Assembly (NCBI GenBank): GCA_038207335.1
Contig: JBBQZX010000003.1
Coordinates: 128,001-192,000, forward strand
DNA length: 64,000 nt
Source: Chthoniobacterales bacterium
GTDB taxonomy: Bacteria; Verrucomicrobiota; Verrucomicrobiia; Chthoniobacterales; Chthoniobacteraceae
Reading direction: 5' to 3'
The notes below the pieces were generated by a model. The model was given only the letters and a program-made list of their open reading frames with translations, was not told where the DNA came from and did not search any database. Within the stretch, counting starts at the first letter, position 1. Every line of letters begins with the position of its first letter. Below are positions 36,956 through 45,680 of the stretch, piece after piece. The position numbers and the translations under genes were made by a program.

Positions 36956-38122
36956 ATGTCCGTAACCGCATCCCGTGATCTTCTCGAAAAGGTGCGTGCT
37001 GTCATCGATTCGGGCACATTTGTGAAGCTCACGCTCAGCCAACCGCGCGAGCGTGCCGGCGGCCTGCGCAATGTTTATGCCCGCCTCGTCGCTCTTCGCG
37101 ATGGGCACAAGCTCTCGCTTCTTTTCCGCCACGCCACGCGCGACGAGACGAAAAATTTCGATATCGCTGACGGCATCGTGCGGCTCACCGAGTTACTCGA
37201 GAGCGACTTCACGCGCGCCCATGTTTTCACCACCACCGGCGATTGGCAGTGGCGTGCGGATGGCTCGTTGCGGGCAAGTCGGCCGGCATTCACCGCTGCG
37301 CCAGAGCCCTCGCACGATCGGCAAAAATCACACCCCATCGCCGTCACCGCGCCTTTTCTCCAGAGCCTCGGAGTCACGAATTCCAGCGGCGAGACGCGCC
37401 CCGGCATGGCCGACAAGCTCAGGCAAATTCAACGTTTCACCGAGATCCTCGGCCACCTCGTGGATGCCTCGCCGCTGCGAGATCGCCGCGAGTTGCGCGT
37501 CCTCGATATGGGCGCGGGAAAGGGATACCTCACCTTCGCAACGCGCGAATTTTTTGCCGCGCGCGACGTGAGCGCAGAGATCATCGGCATCGAAACCCGC
37601 GCCGATCTCGTCGAAAAAACGAACCGCGCTGCGGACGAATGTGGCTTCACGAATCTTCGCTTCGAGCGCGGCACGATCGGTGAATGGCCCACTGACGTTC
37701 CTGCCGATTGCCTCATCGCACTCCATGCATGCGACACCGCGACCGACGACGCGCTGCACCACGGCATTCGCGCCGATGCGTCGCTCATTGTCACCGCTCC
37801 GTGTTGCCACCAGGAAATTCGGCAGCAACTCCAGCCGCCGACCGTCCTGCGCGAAGTCCTGCGACACGGCATCCTGTGCGAGCGCGAAGCCGAGATTTTG
37901 ACCGATGGAATTCGCGCGCTGCTGCTCGAAATCCACGGCTACAAAACCGACGTCTTCGAGTTCATCTCCACCGAGCACACCGGAAAAAATCTCATGATCG
38001 CCGCGACTAAGCGGGCGCAGCCGATCGACGCCGATCCTTTGCGCAAGCGGCTTCGCGAGTTGCTCGACTTCTACGGCATCCGCACGCAACACCTCGCGCG
38101 ACAGCTCGGCCTCGCGTCATGA
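36956..38122 (+). CDS. SAM-dependent methyltransferase (Methyltransf_32-like)
   Basis: K.RQI..F, DMGAGKGYLTF, ALHACDTATD, APCCH, EHTGKN. Confidence 0.9.
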   Translation: MSVTASRDLLEKVRAVIDSGTFVKLTLSQPRERAGGLRNVYARLVALRDGHKLSLLFRHATRDETKNFDIADGIVRLTELLESDFTRAHVFTTTGDWQWRADGSLRASRPAFTAAPEPSHDRQKSHPIAVTAPFLQSLGVTNSSGETRPGMADKLRQIQRFTEILGHLVDASPLRDRRELRVLDMGAGKGYLTFATREFFAARDVSAEIIGIETRADLVEKTNRAADECGFTNLRFERGTIGEWPTDVPADCLIALHACDTATDDALHHGIRADASLIVTAPCCHQEIRQQLQPPTVLREVLRHGILCEREAEILTDGIRALLLEIHGYKTDVFEFISTEHTGKNLMIAATKRAQPIDADPLRKRLRELLDFYGIRTQHLARQLGLAS

Positions 38123-39108
38123 CCCGCCACTTCACCGAAGCCGAATTCAAAGTCCTCCGCCGCCTCCGCGAGGGATTCCTCACCCGCACCGCCGGCCATT
38201 CTAACTACTGGCGCGACCCCGAAGACCTCGCGCTCTACGACACCACATTTGCCGAGCGCATAGGCTGGAAATGGGACGCCGTCCTGCGCGAACTCCAAAC
38301 TCGCGGCTGGCAGCCGCGCAGCCGCCGAATCGTCGATTGGGGCTGCGGCACCGGCATCGCGACCCGCCGCGTCCTTGCGCACTGGTCTCAGTTTTCCACC
38401 GTTTCATTCCACGATCGCGCCCCCGCCGCCGCGCGTTTCGCCGCCGACCGCGCGCGCGCCGATCACCCGCAAATCAAGACTGGCACAGGCGAAGTGGTCG
38501 ATGCCGACACGCTCCTCCTCCTCAGCCACGTCATCAACGAACTCCCGCCGCGCGAACTTTCCCGCCTCCTCCAGCTCGCGCGCAGTGCCGGCGAAATCCT
38601 CTGGGTCGAAGCAGGGGCGCGCGACGAAAGCCGCCGCCTCAGTGAAGTCCGCGACAGCCTCCTCCCGCACGGCTTCGCAGCCGTCGCCCCCTGCACGCAC
38701 CAAGCCGCCTGCGGGATGCTCGCTGCGAAAAATGAGCGGCACTGGTGCCACCATTTTGCCGCGCCGCCGAGCGAGGTTTTCCAAGATGCGCGCTGGCATC
38801 AATTCAGTGCCGAACTTGGCATCGACCTTCGCGCGCTGCCCTACAGCTTCCTCGTTCTCGAGCGCCCGCGCGACACCGCGCCGACCCCGCCCGGCTTCTC
38901 GCGAGTGATCGGCGAGCCCCGTGAATACAAAGGCTACGACAAAATCCTGAGCTGCCACGAGTCCGGCGTCGGCGAACTGATGCTGCAAAAACGAGATGAC
39001 CCCGCCCTCCTCCGCGAACTCCGGGAAGGCACGCCCGCTCCCGTCTATCGCTGGACCCTCCGCGACGGAAAGATCGTCGCCGCCGAGCCGCTTGCCATGG
39101 TGCGATGA
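38119..39108 (+). CDS. Rsm22/METTL17-like methyltransferase-fold protein
   Basis: DWGCGTG, VEAG, APCTHQAAC...WCH...YSFLVL...SC. ATGA overlap with the upstream gene. Confidence 0.75.
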   Translation: MTRHFTEAEFKVLRRLREGFLTRTAGHSNYWRDPEDLALYDTTFAERIGWKWDAVLRELQTRGWQPRSRRIVDWGCGTGIATRRVLAHWSQFSTVSFHDRAPAAARFAADRARADHPQIKTGTGEVVDADTLLLLSHVINELPPRELSRLLQLARSAGEILWVEAGARDESRRLSEVRDSLLPHGFAAVAPCTHQAACGMLAAKNERHWCHHFAAPPSEVFQDARWHQFSAELGIDLRALPYSFLVLERPRDTAPTPPGFSRVIGEPREYKGYDKILSCHESGVGELMLQKRDDPALLRELREGTPAPVYRWTLRDGKIVAAEPLAMVR

Positions 39109-39153
39109 GGTTCTGATTTGCACGCTGGCTGCGCCGATCCTAGCGTGCGCACC

Positions 39154-39612
39154 ATGAATATTCCCACCTTCACGAAAACCTTCGCCGTCGCGCTGCTTGC
39201 GGTGCTACCTCTCTCCGTCATGGCTGAAACCTCCACCGACAAGGGCGCTACATATCTCGCTGAAAACGCGAAGAAAGAAGGCGTCAAAACGACCGCGAGC
39301 GGGCTTCAGTACAAGGTCTTGAAGGAAGGCGACGGCGCGAGTCCGAAGGCGACGGACAAGGTGACGGTGCATTACCGCGGCACGCTGCTGAACGGCACTG
39401 AATTCGACAGCTCCTACAAGCGCGGCGAGCCCGCGACCTTTCCGCTGAACCGCGTGATCCCCGGCTGGACCGAAGGCGTGCAGCTCATGAAAATCGGCTC
39501 GAAATATCAATTCGTGATCCCGTCCAAGCTCGCGTACGGCGAGAGCGGCGGAGGACCGATCGGTCCGAACGAGACGCTGATCTTCGAGGTCGAGCTGCTG
39601 AAGATCAATTAG
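39154..39612 (+). CDS. FKBP-type peptidyl-prolyl isomerase, exported
   Basis: [41 protein letters not shown]. Confidence 0.96.
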   Translation: MNIPTFTKTFAVALLAVLPLSVMAETSTDKGATYLAENAKKEGVKTTASGLQYKVLKEGDGASPKATDKVTVHYRGTLLNGTEFDSSYKRGEPATFPLNRVIPGWTEGVQLMKIGSKYQFVIPSKLAYGESGGGPIGPNETLIFEVELLKIN

Positions 39613-39705
39613 AGCGGAGCCGCAGTTCGCACCCGTCGGACGGCGCGTGTTTAGTCTCGGCATTGGGACTTTGTAAAAGCGCGCCCGCCGCTCAATAGTC
39701 CGCGA

Positions 39706-40740
39706 ATGGAAACGCTCCAATCGCTCGGCATGGCGCTCGGCCTAGCCTCGCTCGCCGGGCTGAATCTTTACCTCACGGTTTTCGTCACCGGACTCGCGAT
39801 CCAGCAGGGCTGGATCGATGTCGCCATCACGCATCCCGACCTCGTCATTCTCGGCCATCCGGTCGTGCTCATCGTCACGGGGGTCCTCTATCTGCTCGAG
39901 TTTTTCGCGGATAAAGTGCCGTGGGTCGATTCGCTCTGGGATGCCGTGCATACTGTCATTCGGCCCATCGGCGCGGCGCTCCTCGCCATCCGCGTGCTCG
40001 GAAATCCCGACCCTGTTTTCGATGTCGTTGTCGCGCTGCTCGGCGGCAGCGTGGCGCTCATGGTGCATGGAATGAAGGCCGGCACGCGCCTCGTCGTGAA
40101 TCACTCGCCCGAGCCCTTTTCCAACATCGGCCTCAGTCTCGCCGAAGACGCCGCGGTCATCGGCGGCCTCGCGCTCATCCGGCACGATCCGGTGCTCGCG
40201 CTCATCGTGTTTTCCATCCTGCTGCTGGCGATCTGCTACTTCGGCCCGATCCTCTACCGCGCAGCGAAAGTGCAGCTCTGGCTCGTCTGGAAAAAGATCG
40301 GCTCACCCGCGGGCGAACAGCCCGCCGCCGAACTGACCCCATCGCTGCCTGCCGAGTTCGACGTGATTTTCCACGGCGCAAACGTCGCGGGTGAAAAGAT
40401 CGCGTGGACTGCGCCGTGCGTCAGCGGCTCGGCGCGCGGGATTTCAGGGAATCTTTTCGGGCACCTCATCGCGACGGATGAGCAGCCTGCAAAGCTCTGG
40501 TTCGTGGCGCACCGCGGCTGGCGGAAATTTTCGATCCAGCTTGATCTCGCTGGCTACAAAGTGGCGCACGAGCCGAAATTCCTGAGCGAAAACCTCGTCC
40601 TCTACAGCCTCGAAAAGGCTCCGAAATACCTCTTCGTATTTAACCGCACAGAAGGCCCGCTCGTCTCCGCAGTCGCGACCTCCCTCCGCGACCGCATCGG
40701 CGTCCCCGCCCCCGAGCCGCTCCCGGAACCCGCCCTGTAG
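39706..40740 (+). CDS. DUF4126 membrane protein with C-terminal soluble domain
   Basis: GLNLY, EFFADKVPWVDSLWDAVHT..RP, SPEPFSN..LSLAED. Confidence 0.9.
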   Translation: METLQSLGMALGLASLAGLNLYLTVFVTGLAIQQGWIDVAITHPDLVILGHPVVLIVTGVLYLLEFFADKVPWVDSLWDAVHTVIRPIGAALLAIRVLGNPDPVFDVVVALLGGSVALMVHGMKAGTRLVVNHSPEPFSNIGLSLAEDAAVIGGLALIRHDPVLALIVFSILLLAICYFGPILYRAAKVQLWLVWKKIGSPAGEQPAAELTPSLPAEFDVIFHGANVAGEKIAWTAPCVSGSARGISGNLFGHLIATDEQPAKLWFVAHRGWRKFSIQLDLAGYKVAHEPKFLSENLVLYSLEKAPKYLFVFNRTEGPLVSAVATSLRDRIGVPAPEPLPEPAL

Positions 40741-40759
40741 CCGGGATCGCCGCTCCCGG
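40737..40759 (+). repeat. GTAG-type REP copy
   Basis: GTAGCCGGGATCGCCGCTCCCGG overlapping the DUF4126 stop codon. Confidence 0.75.
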
Positions 40760-40777
40760 CAGGCGCGTGGCCGTGCC

Positions 40778-41470
40778 TCATTCCACGCCGAGCGCCGACG
40801 GCGACACCGTCCGGCACAGTTCGAGAAAATCGTCCCACCCCAACTCGATCCACCGGTCCGCGGCCTTCACATGCGCCAGCGTCGCCGCAGCCAGTTCGCT
40901 CGCCGCGCGCTCGATTTTTCGGCTGATCGTCGCCTCGCTGCAGTTGAAAATTTTCGCGAGCTCCGCCATTCGCAGCCCATCGCGATGCACGAGCTGTAGC
41001 ATCACGAAATCCTCCGGCGGGCACTCCCCGAACGCGGTCTGTACGGCCACTCGCAGAATTTCCAGCAGCGGCGGCTCCGCGCCTTTCTCGGGCGTATCCG
41101 CTGCCGGCTGAGCGCTCTCGTCGCTCAGCGCAGCGGCCCCGTCGGCCTCGACAATTTTGCTCCAACTTGCCGCCTTTCGGCGTCGCGAGATGAGGCGGTT
41201 GAAGACAACTGAGTTCAGCCATGTCAGCAGCGCCGCCGAGCCTTGATACCGCGACAGCGCAGCTGGTCTTCCCTGCTCGCCGACGAGGCAATCGGCCCAA
41301 AGCTGACCGACCAATTCCTCGGCCTCGGCAGCTTCCGCTCCGCGATGCACTAGATATGCCATCAGCGGATCCTCGAATCGTTTGCGAAATTCCGCGATGG
41401 CTCGCTCGTTCCCTTCGAGACAGCGCTGAGCGAGTTGAAAATCCGCTACGTGAGACAGGGGGGAATGCAC
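40778..41470 (-). CDS. ECF-type sigma-70 factor
   Basis: Region 2: LAQRCLEG.E.A...AEELV...YQGSAALLTWL..V..NRLIS..RK. Region 4 HTH: GLRMAELAKIFNCSEATISRKIERA. Confidence 0.85.
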   Translation of the reverse strand: MHSPLSHVADFQLAQRCLEGNERAIAEFRKRFEDPLMAYLVHRGAEAAEAEELVGQLWADCLVGEQGRPAALSRYQGSAALLTWLNSVVFNRLISRRRKAASWSKIVEADGAAALSDESAQPAADTPEKGAEPPLLEILRVAVQTAFGECPPEDFVMLQLVHRDGLRMAELAKIFNCSEATISRKIERAASELAAATLAHVKAADRWIELGWDDFLELCRTVSPSALGVE

Positions 41471-41770
41471 TCCCCGAAGAGTCGAGAATCCCGCAACGCA
41501 AGTTCAATGGAAAATCCTGACCCTGCCGTGATTTCAGGGATGTCTGCTGCGGGAGGAATTCAAGCCAAGCCGCCTCGTCAAGATCACGGCCCCTTGCCCC
41601 GCCAAAAATCAGATGAGCGCCAACCCCCATTCCTACTCCCCCCAGCCACCACCACCCTTTGCCACTGCCACCGCCACTCCCACGTCCGCACACTCGCTTT
41701 GACGCTCATCTGAATTTAAGGCCACCCCCGCAGCACTGTCCCCTCAACTGTTAGGCGCGCGAGATTCCGC

Positions 41771-41841
41771 TTCTTGCAAAAAAAGTCGCGATTCATGGAT
41801 TTTTTTTGGTGGCCTCGAATGCGACAGTTTTTTTGCAAGAA
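41771..41841. repeat. Long imperfect inverted repeat
   Basis: TTCTTGCAAAAAAA-GTCGC ... GCGAC-AG-TTTTTTTGCAAGAA, with perfect 14-bp outer arms. Confidence 0.8.
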
Positions 41842-41861
41842 CACGAATCTCAGGCGTCTAA
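41834..41861 (+). promoter_or_regulatory. ECF-type promoter candidate
   Basis: TGCAAG-N15-CGTCTAA ending 7 nt before ATG 41869. Confidence 0.45.
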
Positions 41862-41868
41862 CAAATAG

Positions 41869-42132
41869 ATGAATGACACGGACCCGAATGGCCTGAAGAC
41901 CCTACTCGACTTCCTCAACCGCATCGGTCCGGAGGTGTCCGGGCACGAAAGCCCCGAGCCGGATGCCGAAGCTGCGAAGCGGCTCGGGCGTTTCACGCGT
42001 GGTGAGGCCGACGAAGCGGAGCGACTGGAAATCTGCCAACTCCTCCACGAGCATCCCACATGGCTGCGCTGGGTGGCTGCGCAAATCAAGAGCGCCCGGC
42101 CCGGCAGATTCGCAAAACCCGCGACGGCCTGA
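41869..42132 (+). CDS. Small cytoplasmic protein, anti-sigma-domain-like
   Basis: 87 aa. LGRFTRGEADEAERLEICQLLHEHP resembles the N-terminal anti-sigma helices of FecR-type proteins. Confidence 0.55.
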   Translation: MNDTDPNGLKTLLDFLNRIGPEVSGHESPEPDAEAAKRLGRFTRGEADEAERLEICQLLHEHPTWLRWVAAQIKSARPGRFAKPATA

Positions 42133-42157
42133 CGCCGCGGCACGTCGAGTTGTAGTT

Positions 42158-42231
42158 GTAGCCAGGGTCGCCGATCCCGGCCGCTGGCCCGTCTCGGCAA
42201 ACCCTCCCGCCGGGATCATCGATCCTAGCTA
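42158..42231. repeat. Inverted REP doublet (REPIN-like)
   Basis: GTAGCCAGGGTCGCCGATCCCGG (42158-42180) and CCGGGATCATCGATCCTAGCTA (42210-42231). Confidence 0.75.
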
Positions 42232-42281
42232 AAAGAGCCCCCCCGGATCCGCGTCATCCGCGATCTTCTCCCGAAATCCGG

Positions 42282-44318
42282 CTACTTCGTTGCGAGCCCG
42301 ACGACCTCGGATGGGAAATAGTATTCCACATACCCGAGCATCATCTCATCCGTCGTCTGCGGGCCCCATTTCACCGTCTTGTTCGGGTCGGGATTCGCGG
42401 GGTTTTTGGCACTGTTGTCGAACCACCCGATCGCCCGCACCGTGCTCCCCGCGGGGATTGTCGGCGGCTCGGCATAACGGTACGCGAGCTGCCAGTTGAA
42501 GTCGTATCGTGGCACCTCCAGCAGCGTGCGCGCAGTTCCATCGGGCAGGATCGCCTCGTATCGGAACGCCTTCCCGCGCACGTGCATGTGCGGCATGAAG
42601 CCGAGCAGCTTTACCTCTTTCGGCACCGGGATCGTTGCGCTCTCGGCGTGATTTTCATCGCCCGGCGGGATGCTGAGCCGGTGTGCGCCGATGCCGATCG
42701 TCCGCACAATGTGCTCCGGTTTTTCCTTTGCGAAAAGCAGCCCGATCCGAATCTGGTCATGCGTCGCCGTGCCGTTCGGCGTGTAGTGGATTTGAAAGTG
42801 CAGCTTCGAGCCCGCAGGCAGCGGCTTCGCGAAGCCGTCGGGGTAAATGATGGAGTTGTTCCCCGGCACATACGCCGCGAAAAATCCGCTGAGCTGATCG
42901 AGCTTGTCCGCCACGCTCGCGTTCGGGCTTTTTGCGAAAATGAGGACGTGATGCACGACCTCGCGCGCCGTCGGCTGCACCTCGAAACCGCGCACCCACT
43001 TGTCCTCCGTCAACCCCGCATCGGCCTCCACATTTTGATAAGGCATCGTGCCCGTCGCCTTCACTTCGATCGGATTCGGGATTTGCACGATCGCGTCCGG
43101 CGTGCCGATTTGCCATTCGGTCGGCCACTGGCGCGGGAGCGGCGCGTCTTTCGGATCGCCGAGCGGCTTGCCCGCGTCGAGCCAAGCGAGGAGGTCGGCC
43201 TTATCACGCTCGGCGAGGGAACGGTCGTTGCTCCACGGCGAGTGCTGGCCGGCCGCGGGCGCTTTCGCAAACCACGGCGGCATGAGATCGCGGCTCACCA
43301 TTTTGCGGATCATCGCGGCTTTGGCATCCACCTGCTCCGCCGTTTCGAGAGGGAACGGCGCGACGCCGCCCGAGCGGTGGCATTGCTGGCAGTTCGCCTG
43401 CACGATGCGTGAGATGCGGTTGTGAAAAGTGGGCGCGTTCGTGGTTGCTGGCGCGGCTTTCAAATCGAGCAGACAGCCCGGCGCTTCGGTCGCGCGGATC
43501 GATGGCACGCGTCCGCTTTTCAGCGCCTCGATCGCGTCCGCGAGATAGGTGTGGCGCGGCGAGTCGAGCGCGTATCCGAGACCGTATTGGTCGTCGATCG
43601 CGCCGCGATAAATCAGCGTCCGCGCGCCATCGAGCAGGAATGAATCAGTCGTAGACATCGCACCGAGCGCGGCGGCTAGGGTGCCTTTCGGATCGAGCGC
43701 GCACGGTCCTGCGAGGCCCGCGGATTTCATCGCCGCGCGCAACTCCGCGGGCGTGTCGGTGGCGACTGGCGCGACGAGGAGCAGTTTTGCGTTTTGAGAA
43801 GCGAGCTTTTGCGAAATGGCCGCCAGCGTCGGCGCGTATTTTTTGCTCACCGGGCAGCTCGAGCTGAAGAGCGCGACGACCAGCGGCTTGCCCGCGCCGA
43901 GCTCGCCGAGCGTGTGTTTTTTTCCATCCAGATCGGTGAACGCCGCATCAGCGATCAGGCTGCCGACCATGTATTCACCGGCCTTCAGGAGCGATGCCTC
44001 CTCCCGCGGAGAGTCCGTCGGCAGAAACAGCGGTGGGGCAACTTCGCTCGGCGCGTCCTTCGGTTTCGCGGGATTTGCGAGCCGCCCGATGATCCGCATC
44101 GCCTCGTCGAGCGTGATGTCGCCATCGTTGTTTTCGTCGAGATTTTTCAGCCACGGCAGCGCGGCGTATTCGGCGGGTGAAAGCTTCCCGTCGCCATTCA
44201 CATCGAGCTCCTTGAATTTCCCCGCGATTCCCGCGAGCGCCTTTCCCTGCGCGGATGCCGAGTGGATCGAGGCGGAAAAGGCGAGCGCGGCGGCGAAGAA
44301 GGCGAGAGGAATTTTCAT
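42282..44318 (-). CDS. Exported EF-hand + redoxin + cytochrome c + copper-monooxygenase-like protein
   Basis: Signal peptide. DVNGDGKLS and DENNDGDIT EF-hands. SCPVS and YRGAIDDQY (redoxin). CQQCH heme site. VHHVL, QIHY, PHMHVRG, DEMM. Confidence 0.85.
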   Translation of the reverse strand: MKIPLAFFAAALAFSASIHSASAQGKALAGIAGKFKELDVNGDGKLSPAEYAALPWLKNLDENNDGDITLDEAMRIIGRLANPAKPKDAPSEVAPPLFLPTDSPREEASLLKAGEYMVGSLIADAAFTDLDGKKHTLGELGAGKPLVVALFSSSCPVSKKYAPTLAAISQKLASQNAKLLLVAPVATDTPAELRAAMKSAGLAGPCALDPKGTLAAALGAMSTTDSFLLDGARTLIYRGAIDDQYGLGYALDSPRHTYLADAIEALKSGRVPSIRATEAPGCLLDLKAAPATTNAPTFHNRISRIVQANCQQCHRSGGVAPFPLETAEQVDAKAAMIRKMVSRDLMPPWFAKAPAAGQHSPWSNDRSLAERDKADLLAWLDAGKPLGDPKDAPLPRQWPTEWQIGTPDAIVQIPNPIEVKATGTMPYQNVEADAGLTEDKWVRGFEVQPTAREVVHHVLIFAKSPNASVADKLDQLSGFFAAYVPGNNSIIYPDGFAKPLPAGSKLHFQIHYTPNGTATHDQIRIGLLFAKEKPEHIVRTIGIGAHRLSIPPGDENHAESATIPVPKEVKLLGFMPHMHVRGKAFRYEAILPDGTARTLLEVPRYDFNWQLAYRYAEPPTIPAGSTVRAIGWFDNSAKNPANPDPNKTVKWGPQTTDEMMLGYVEYYFPSEVVGLATK

Positions 44319-44329
44319 GTGCGGGGAAG

Positions 44330-44356
44330 AGACGTTGAGAAGGAGAGTCCGGTTAC
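44330..44356 (-). promoter_or_regulatory. ECF-type promoter candidate
   Basis: Minus strand GTAACC-N16-CGTCT, 11 nt before ATG 44318. Confidence 0.55.
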
Positions 44357-44547
44357 GCGGCTCGCTTTCATACACGCAACCTCACGGGCCGCAACCGGCT
44401 GCGATTTTTTCAGTACGAGAACAGAAAAGCAGGAAACGGGATGACCTCATCCGGCGCTGCTTCCGCGCTTTCTGTTTTCCTGCTTTCCTGCTTCATCCCA
44501 ACCGCGTGCGTTCTAATAAGGTCGCGCCCCAACCTGATTCGACTCTC

Positions 44548-45663
44548 ATGCCCACCGCCTCCCTCGCCTCCCAAGTCGCCACTCAACTCACCGGCGCGCG
44601 CAGCCGCCTCGAAAACTCGAAGGTCCTCGTCGGGCTCGACGGCTTCGTCGATACGATCCTGCACGTCGTCGCGCAGCGCGATTCCGCCACGAAATATCTG
44701 CGTATGGAAAAGATGGGCGACTTCGGCAGGAAGATCGGAGCGGCGGCGGGGCATAGCGCGAATTTCGAATTCGTCGCGCAGATGGTGAAGCTCGGCGGCA
44801 ACGGCCCGATCATGGCCCACGCGCTCGGCAGCTACGGCACGCCCATGACCTACATCGGCAATCTCGGCGCGCCGAATGTGCATCCGATTTTCGCCGATTT
44901 CGCGAGCCGCGCGACCGTGCATTCCATCGCCGAGCCGGGCTACACGGATGCGATCGAATTCGACGACGGCAAGCTGATGTTCGGCAAGCACGGGAGCCTC
45001 GGCGAAGTGAATTGGGCGAACCTCATCAAGCACGTCCCGGAGCCCGATCTCATCCGCATCATCGAGGAGTCGTCCCTAATTGCGCTGGTGAATTGGACCA
45101 TGCTCACGCACATGACCGCGATCTGGCAGAAGCTGCTCACGCGCGTCGCGCCGCAGCTCACGGGAGAGCGGCGCTGGCTTTTCATCGACCTCGCCGACCC
45201 GGCGAAACGCACGCGCGAAGACATCGCCGCCGCGCTGAAACAGGTGACGAAATTCGAGAAATATTTCCGCGTCATCCTCGGCCTGAATTTCGCCGAGAGC
45301 CGGCAGGTCGGCGAGGTGCTCGGCTTCGCCGCGCCCGATGAAACGTATGGCACCGTCACCCATCACGCGTCGCAGATTCGGGAGGTTTTGAAGATCGACA
45401 CCGTCGTGATCCACCCGACGCATTTCGCCGCCGCGAGCGATGCCGCGGGCTCGCAGCATGTCGTTGGGCCCTTCACCTCGAAGCCGAAAATCACGACCGG
45501 CGCCGGCGATCATTTCAACGCCGGCTTTTGCATCGGACGCCTCCTCGGGCTCGACATTGCCGCGAGCCTGCAAATCGGCGTCGCGACCTCCGGCTACTAC
45601 GTGCGAAATGCCAAAAGCCCCCGCCTCGACGACGTGCGGAAATTCCTAAAAGCGCTGGAATAA
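44548..45663 (+). CDS. PfkB/ribokinase-family carbohydrate kinase
   Basis: GLDGFVD, KLGGNGPIMA, TTGAGDHFNAGF. Confidence 0.88.
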   Translation: MPTASLASQVATQLTGARSRLENSKVLVGLDGFVDTILHVVAQRDSATKYLRMEKMGDFGRKIGAAAGHSANFEFVAQMVKLGGNGPIMAHALGSYGTPMTYIGNLGAPNVHPIFADFASRATVHSIAEPGYTDAIEFDDGKLMFGKHGSLGEVNWANLIKHVPEPDLIRIIEESSLIALVNWTMLTHMTAIWQKLLTRVAPQLTGERRWLFIDLADPAKRTREDIAAALKQVTKFEKYFRVILGLNFAESRQVGEVLGFAAPDETYGTVTHHASQIREVLKIDTVVIHPTHFAAASDAAGSQHVVGPFTSKPKITTGAGDHFNAGFCIGRLLGLDIAASLQIGVATSGYYVRNAKSPRLDDVRKFLKALE

Positions 45664-45680
45664 AAAGCGCCCGCCCCCCC

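Noticed and set aside
41625..41700. C-rich CCAC-type short repeats
   Set aside because: Irregular low-complexity tract with no constant repeat-spacer period; not a CRISPR array
43816..44547. N-terminal extension of the PfkB ORF
   Set aside because: Antisense to the redoxin/monooxygenase gene. The kinase begins at ATG 44548
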